From the NCBI GenBank assembly GCA_016784605.1, contig JADHUI010000004.1, positions 7,872 through 71,871 of the forward strand: a stretch of 64,000 bases of DNA. Reading direction: 5' to 3'. Positions 60,578 through 64,000 of the stretch are shown here, piece after piece. Source of the DNA: Fidelibacterota bacterium (GTDB lineage Bacteria > Fidelibacterota > Marinisomatia > Marinisomatales > UBA1611). The notes under the pieces were generated by a model. The model worked only from the letters and a program-made list of their open reading frames with translations, had not been told where the DNA came from and ran no database searches. Each line of letters starts with the position of its first letter. Positions within the stretch are counted from its first letter, which is position 1. A program made the position numbers and the translations under genes.

Positions 60578-60594
60578 ATTTGTAATATACAAAT
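60578..60594. promoter_or_regulatory. Perfect 7-3-7 palindrome ATTTGTA-ATA-TACAAAT abutting the marR start codon (candidate MarR operator)
   Basis: Read directly. The palindrome ends 1 nt before the ATG at 60595. The core TTGTA-N3-TACAA plus the following ATATG recurs at 61022..61039. Confidence 0.4.
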
Positions 60595-61029
60595 ATGGAA
60601 TTCGGAGAATTATTAAAATCGTTTTTACTTAATCTGCAGGGATTGTATCGCACTGAAATAACATCTGATTCCCTATCCCTTCCACAGGCACTTGCTATCT
60701 CAATCATTCCAGACCGCGGTATTGATATGACTACGTTTGCTCGAACTTTAGGAATTGATAATAGCACAGCAACAAGAATGGCTGACGGACTTATTAGAAA
60801 GAATTGGGTTGAAAAAAAACGAGATCCATACGACAGGCGAGTCATACTTATTCGACTAACTAAACTTGGAACTGAGATTCAGGAAGAAATCGAATCAAGT
60901 ATTGATGCTTTAGGCGATAGGATTGAATCAACAGTATCTATGGATGACCGTGACGAGGTAAGAGAAATTCTATCTTCCTTTCAATGGACTTTATCAAAAT
61001 TCATTTTAGATAAGAATAAAATTGTATAA
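60595..61029 (+). CDS. MarR family transcriptional regulator
   Basis: Winged-helix region MTTFARTLGIDNSTATRMADGLIRKNWVEKKRDPYDRRVILIRLTKLGTE. 144 aa, no Cys. Confidence 0.85.
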   Translation: MEFGELLKSFLLNLQGLYRTEITSDSLSLPQALAISIIPDRGIDMTTFARTLGIDNSTATRMADGLIRKNWVEKKRDPYDRRVILIRLTKLGTEIQEEIESSIDALGDRIESTVSMDDRDEVREILSSFQWTLSKFILDKNKIV

Positions 61030-61034
61030 TACAA
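61022..61034. promoter_or_regulatory. Palindrome TTGTAT-A-ATACAA spanning the marR stop codon, 2 nt upstream of the mutY ATG (second candidate operator)
   Basis: Read directly. It has the same TTGTA-N3-TACAAATATG geometry as the site at 60578..60597. Confidence 0.35.
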
Positions 61035-61036
61035 AT

Positions 61037-62092
61037 ATGTTATTCAAAGAAAATATCTTATCATGGTATGAAACCCACAAAAGAATTTTACCTTTTCGGG
61101 ATATTCAAAACCCGTATTATACATGGCTATCAGAAATAATGTTACAGCAAACGCAGGTCGATACGGTTATTCCCTATTTTGAAAAGTGGATTAAAACATT
61201 CCCGACTTTAAACGATGTCGCATTAGCCAGCCAACACGATGTGTTAAAACAATGGGAGGGATTGGGATATTATTCTCGGTGCAGGAATTTTCATAAAGCC
61301 GCACACATTGTTATGAATGAACATGACGGCATTATACCATCAAACTATGATAAATTTTTATCTCTTCCGGGCGTAGGTCCATATACAGCCGCAGCTGTTA
61401 TGTCAATTGCATTTAATAAACCTATACCAACAATTGATGGAAATATTCGCCGTGTTACCTCTCGAATTTTAGGTCGAAAAAAAATGCGTCAAAACGCTCA
61501 AGCGCGGATAAAAAATTATTTACAAATCGAAATTGATCCACTCAGACCCGGCGATTTTAATCAAGCTTTGATGGATTTAGGATCATCTATCTGTACGCCA
61601 ACAAAGCCAAAATGCAATCAATGTCCCGTAAATGAAATATGTATAGCCTTGGGCTCGGGTAATCCGGAATCATATCCAGAAAAAATGAAGAAAAAAAAAT
61701 CGCCCCATTATAATGTAGCTGCAGGATTAATTTGGGATAGGGATAAATTTTTTATCCAAAAAAGATCAGAAAAAAGTCTTCTAGGTGGGTTGTGGGAATT
61801 CCCGGGTGGAAAAGTTGAAAAAGGCGAATCGTTAAAGATGGCTTTAAAAAGGGAAATTTTTGAAGAGTGTAAAATTAAACCAACCATTCACCGAAAGGTT
61901 GGAGTTGTGAAACATGTATTTAGTCATTTTTCAATCGAAATGAATTTATTCCATTGTTCAATAAATGGAGAAAAACCCAAAACAGATCTGCCATCCCAAT
62001 GGATTAAGCCAAATGAAATTGCTCAATACCCATTTCCAGCAGCAAATCATAAATTATTTAAAATTTTAGATCAAGATGGCTGGAATATTTAA
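61037..62092 (+). CDS. mutY: A/G-specific adenine DNA glycosylase MutY with C-terminal NUDIX-like domain
   Basis: WLSEIMLQQTQV, LPGVGPYTAAAV (HhH-GPD), 4Fe-4S Cys cluster CTPTKPKCNQCPVNEIC, NUDIX-like GLWEFPGGKVEKGES. ATG at 61037 (the ORF-track TTG at 61022 overlaps marR). Confidence 0.9.
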   Translation: MLFKENILSWYETHKRILPFRDIQNPYYTWLSEIMLQQTQVDTVIPYFEKWIKTFPTLNDVALASQHDVLKQWEGLGYYSRCRNFHKAAHIVMNEHDGIIPSNYDKFLSLPGVGPYTAAAVMSIAFNKPIPTIDGNIRRVTSRILGRKKMRQNAQARIKNYLQIEIDPLRPGDFNQALMDLGSSICTPTKPKCNQCPVNEICIALGSGNPESYPEKMKKKKSPHYNVAAGLIWDRDKFFIQKRSEKSLLGGLWEFPGGKVEKGESLKMALKREIFEECKIKPTIHRKVGVVKHVFSHFSIEMNLFHCSINGEKPKTDLPSQWIKPNEIAQYPFPAANHKLFKILDQDGWNI

Positions 62093-62789
62093 AACAATCA
62101 TATCCATTATTTTATGGCCATTGTTTATGACCACCTTCCTAGTAAGTGGATCAATACTTTATGTTTTAATTATGATACTGCCAAAAAGGCATTTACATTA
62201 TTTTTTAAAACCTATGTGTAAGGCGTTACTTTTATCGGCGGGGCAGTATTTAAAAACAAAAGGTACGCCGCCAGATCCTTCTGGGGAACCTTATTTATAT
62301 ATGATAAATCATGAATCCATGTTTGATCATTTTATGTTAGGCGCAACGTGCAAGCATTATGTAACAGGTGTTGGTGCATATGAACAATTAAAATATCCTT
62401 TATATGGGGCTATTGTAAAAAAATATGGTATGATTCCCATCGTGAGAAAAGAATTAGGGAAAGCCATCCACAGTCTTAATAAAGCTGAGGATGCAATTAG
62501 AGATGGAATTTCTTTTCTTATTTCACCTGAAGGAACGCGTACTTTATCTCGCGAATTAGGCCCATTCAAAAAAGGACCCTTTCACATAAGTAAAAACACG
62601 GGTGTAACGATTGTCCCTGTTGGGTTATTGGGCGTATTTGACGCTAAAAGAAAATCCGATTGGCGATTAAAACCGGGTGTTATTACAATCTATTATGGTG
62701 ATCCTATTTATGGGGAAGAATATAAAAATCTATCATTAGAAGAACTTCAATCCCTTGTTAGAACAAAAATAACAGAACTCATTTCATAA
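62076..62789 (+). CDS. plsC: 1-acyl-sn-glycerol-3-phosphate acyltransferase
   Basis: HX4D motif NHESMFDH, PEGTRT, N-terminal TM helix. 17-nt overlap with mutY. Confidence 0.8.
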   Translation: MAGIFKTIISIILWPLFMTTFLVSGSILYVLIMILPKRHLHYFLKPMCKALLLSAGQYLKTKGTPPDPSGEPYLYMINHESMFDHFMLGATCKHYVTGVGAYEQLKYPLYGAIVKKYGMIPIVRKELGKAIHSLNKAEDAIRDGISFLISPEGTRTLSRELGPFKKGPFHISKNTGVTIVPVGLLGVFDAKRKSDWRLKPGVITIYYGDPIYGEEYKNLSLEELQSLVRTKITELIS

Positions 62790-62803
62790 GTATAGGAGGA
62801 TGT

Positions 62804-63349
62804 ATGAAAAATAAAATAATCTGGATAAGTATCACATTTTTAATCATGTTAGGAACAATATCTTATGGGCAAAATTCGATTCCAAGTCTGGTCTCAAGCG
62901 GCCAAACGATTGAAGAGAAATATCCTGACGGTCGGATAGAAATTATAGGCGTTCAAGTAAAAGATCCACTGGTATTAGGGCAAATGTTCATTGCCATATT
63001 TTTGGCTATTGCTTTTCTCCAATCGGGTATTGATAAAATTTTAGATCGGAAAGGAAATGTGGATTATTTTAATAATCAATTTGCGAATTCTCCATTAAAT
63101 AAAGTTTCATCTATCGCATTAACATTAATAACCATTATGGAGCTAACAGCTGGTGGATTATTGGCGTATGGTGTGGTATATGCCATCACAGAGAGAACAA
63201 CAATGATGATATTTAATGGATTTTTAATAACATCATTTACATTAATAGCATTATTTTTTGGTCAACGGATTGCGAAAGATTATGATGGGGCAGCAACCAT
63301 TGTATTATATTTTATTTTAACGATGCTCGGCATAATGAGCATGTACTAG
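62804..63349 (+). CDS. DoxX-like small membrane protein
   Basis: Four hydrophobic helices. FIAIFLAIAFLQSGIDKIL resembles the DoxX first-helix motif. Weak call. Confidence 0.4.
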   Translation: MKNKIIWISITFLIMLGTISYGQNSIPSLVSSGQTIEEKYPDGRIEIIGVQVKDPLVLGQMFIAIFLAIAFLQSGIDKILDRKGNVDYFNNQFANSPLNKVSSIALTLITIMELTAGGLLAYGVVYAITERTTMMIFNGFLITSFTLIALFFGQRIAKDYDGAATIVLYFILTMLGIMSMY

Positions 63350-63361
63350 AAAGAGGGAACA

Positions 63362-64000
63362 ATGAAAAAACAATTATCAAATGAATCATTGAATCGCTAT
63401 AAAGATAAAGCGTTATCAAATCCACAAATTCGAATGGCGCGCAATGCATCAATCAAGTCAAACTTTGTTGATATTGCATTGGATTGGGATGCTTTTAGGC
63501 GTATTGACCATACATTCTCAGATGTTGTTACTGGTGAAATGAAAGTAACGAACCAAAAATCTAGCGGTCGCTGTTGGGGATTTGCGGGACTGAATTTGTT
63601 TCGTATTTATTTAGGAAGAAAATACAAATTGAAAGGATTTGAATTCAGCCAAAATTATTTCATGTTTTGGGATAAAATGGAAAAATCGAATTACTTTTTA
63701 GAAAGTATTTTAAGGTCAGCCAATGAGCCAAGAGAGGGTCGATTAGTCATGCATTTATTATCTGATCCTATTCAAGATGGTGGTCAGTGGCATATGTTTG
63801 TGAATTTGATTAAAAAATATGGCGTTGTACCAAAATCAGAAATGCCGGAAACTTATCAAAGTAGCACATCCATGCGAATGAATCGAATGATTACACGAAA
63901 ACTTCGTGGCTTTGCCATTGATCTTAGAAATGCATCCAAAGATGGAGCGAACTTAGAGAAATTACAATCCATGAAAGATGACATGATGAGTGTGGTATAT
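63362..64000 (+). CDS. pepC: Aminopeptidase C / bleomycin hydrolase (peptidase C1B), 3'-truncated by the window edge
   Basis: Not in the ORF track because it runs off the window. My translation from the ATG at 63362 (preceded by GAGGGA) has no stop through 64000. NQKSSGRCWGFAGLN (catalytic Cys) and DPIQDGGQWHMFVNLIKKYGVVPK are C1B signatures. Confidence 0.85.
   Translation, partial: MKKQLSNESLNRYKDKALSNPQIRMARNASIKSNFVDIALDWDAFRRIDHTFSDVVTGEMKVTNQKSSGRCWGFAGLNLFRIYLGRKYKLKGFEFSQNYFMFWDKMEKSNYFLESILRSANEPREGRLVMHLLSDPIQDGGQWHMFVNLIKKYGVVPKSEMPETYQSSTSMRMNRMITRKLRGFAIDLRNASKDGANLEKLQSMKDDMMSVVY

Noticed and set aside
60444-60845. 133-aa minus-strand ORF spanning the lipase 3' end and marR 5' end.
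   Set aside because: It is antisense to two well-supported genes and shows no motifs.
1-64000. Searched for CRISPR arrays, transposases, integrases, toxin-antitoxin pairs, restriction-modification or other recognisable defence genes.
   Set aside because: None seen. The only tandem repeat is the 15-nt coding repeat at 36120..36239.

Overview
This is a 64-kb, AT-rich and very gene-dense chromosomal window. It holds about 56 protein genes, one tRNA-Gln and two clear intrinsic terminators. I saw no rRNA, CRISPR array, transposase, integrase or phage genes. The gene content suggests (inference only) a marine bacterium of the FCB-superphylum type. The pointers are three proteins ending in T9SS/FlgD-Ig-like C-terminal sorting domains, three PorV/PorQ-like outer-membrane barrels, CarboxypepD_reg-type TonB-dependent receptors and an archaeal-type ProRS. 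The one clearly accessory region is 618..19100. Two paralogous operon-like arms diverge from a single 231-bp intergenic region. Each arm encodes an oversized TonB-dependent receptor, then a ~1100-aa secreted protein with a T9SS-type C-terminal domain, then a PorV-like barrel. The plus arm adds an 806-aa CTD protein and ends in a strong terminator. This SusD-less, PUL-like triad is my best candidate for an undescribed system. The other 45 kb is mostly housekeeping: proS, recO, uvrA, ruvB, queA, ispD-ispF-ispE, tRNA-Gln, prs, L25/ctc, pth, the membrane pyrophosphatase hppA, rpsF-rpsR-rplI, priA, mutY, plsC and pepC, plus mgtE. Interspersed are envelope and exported proteins (M23 peptidase, GT2, CPBP protease, rhomboid, PPIase lipoprotein, PHP lipoprotein, transglutaminase-like lipoprotein, lipase). 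There are several smaller oddities. These are a degenerate AroQ-like protein, a PPPDE-like thiol peptidase candidate coupled to recO, an (E/D)HP pentapeptide-repeat lipoprotein and a MotA/MotB stator pair with no flagellar neighbours. Others are a long divergent transketolase-family gene overlapping uvrA, acidic tails on S6 and L25, and a TTGTA-N3-TACAAATATG palindrome present at both the marR and mutY start codons. All calls rest on reading the supplied ORF translations and the DNA by eye. No database search or computation was run.
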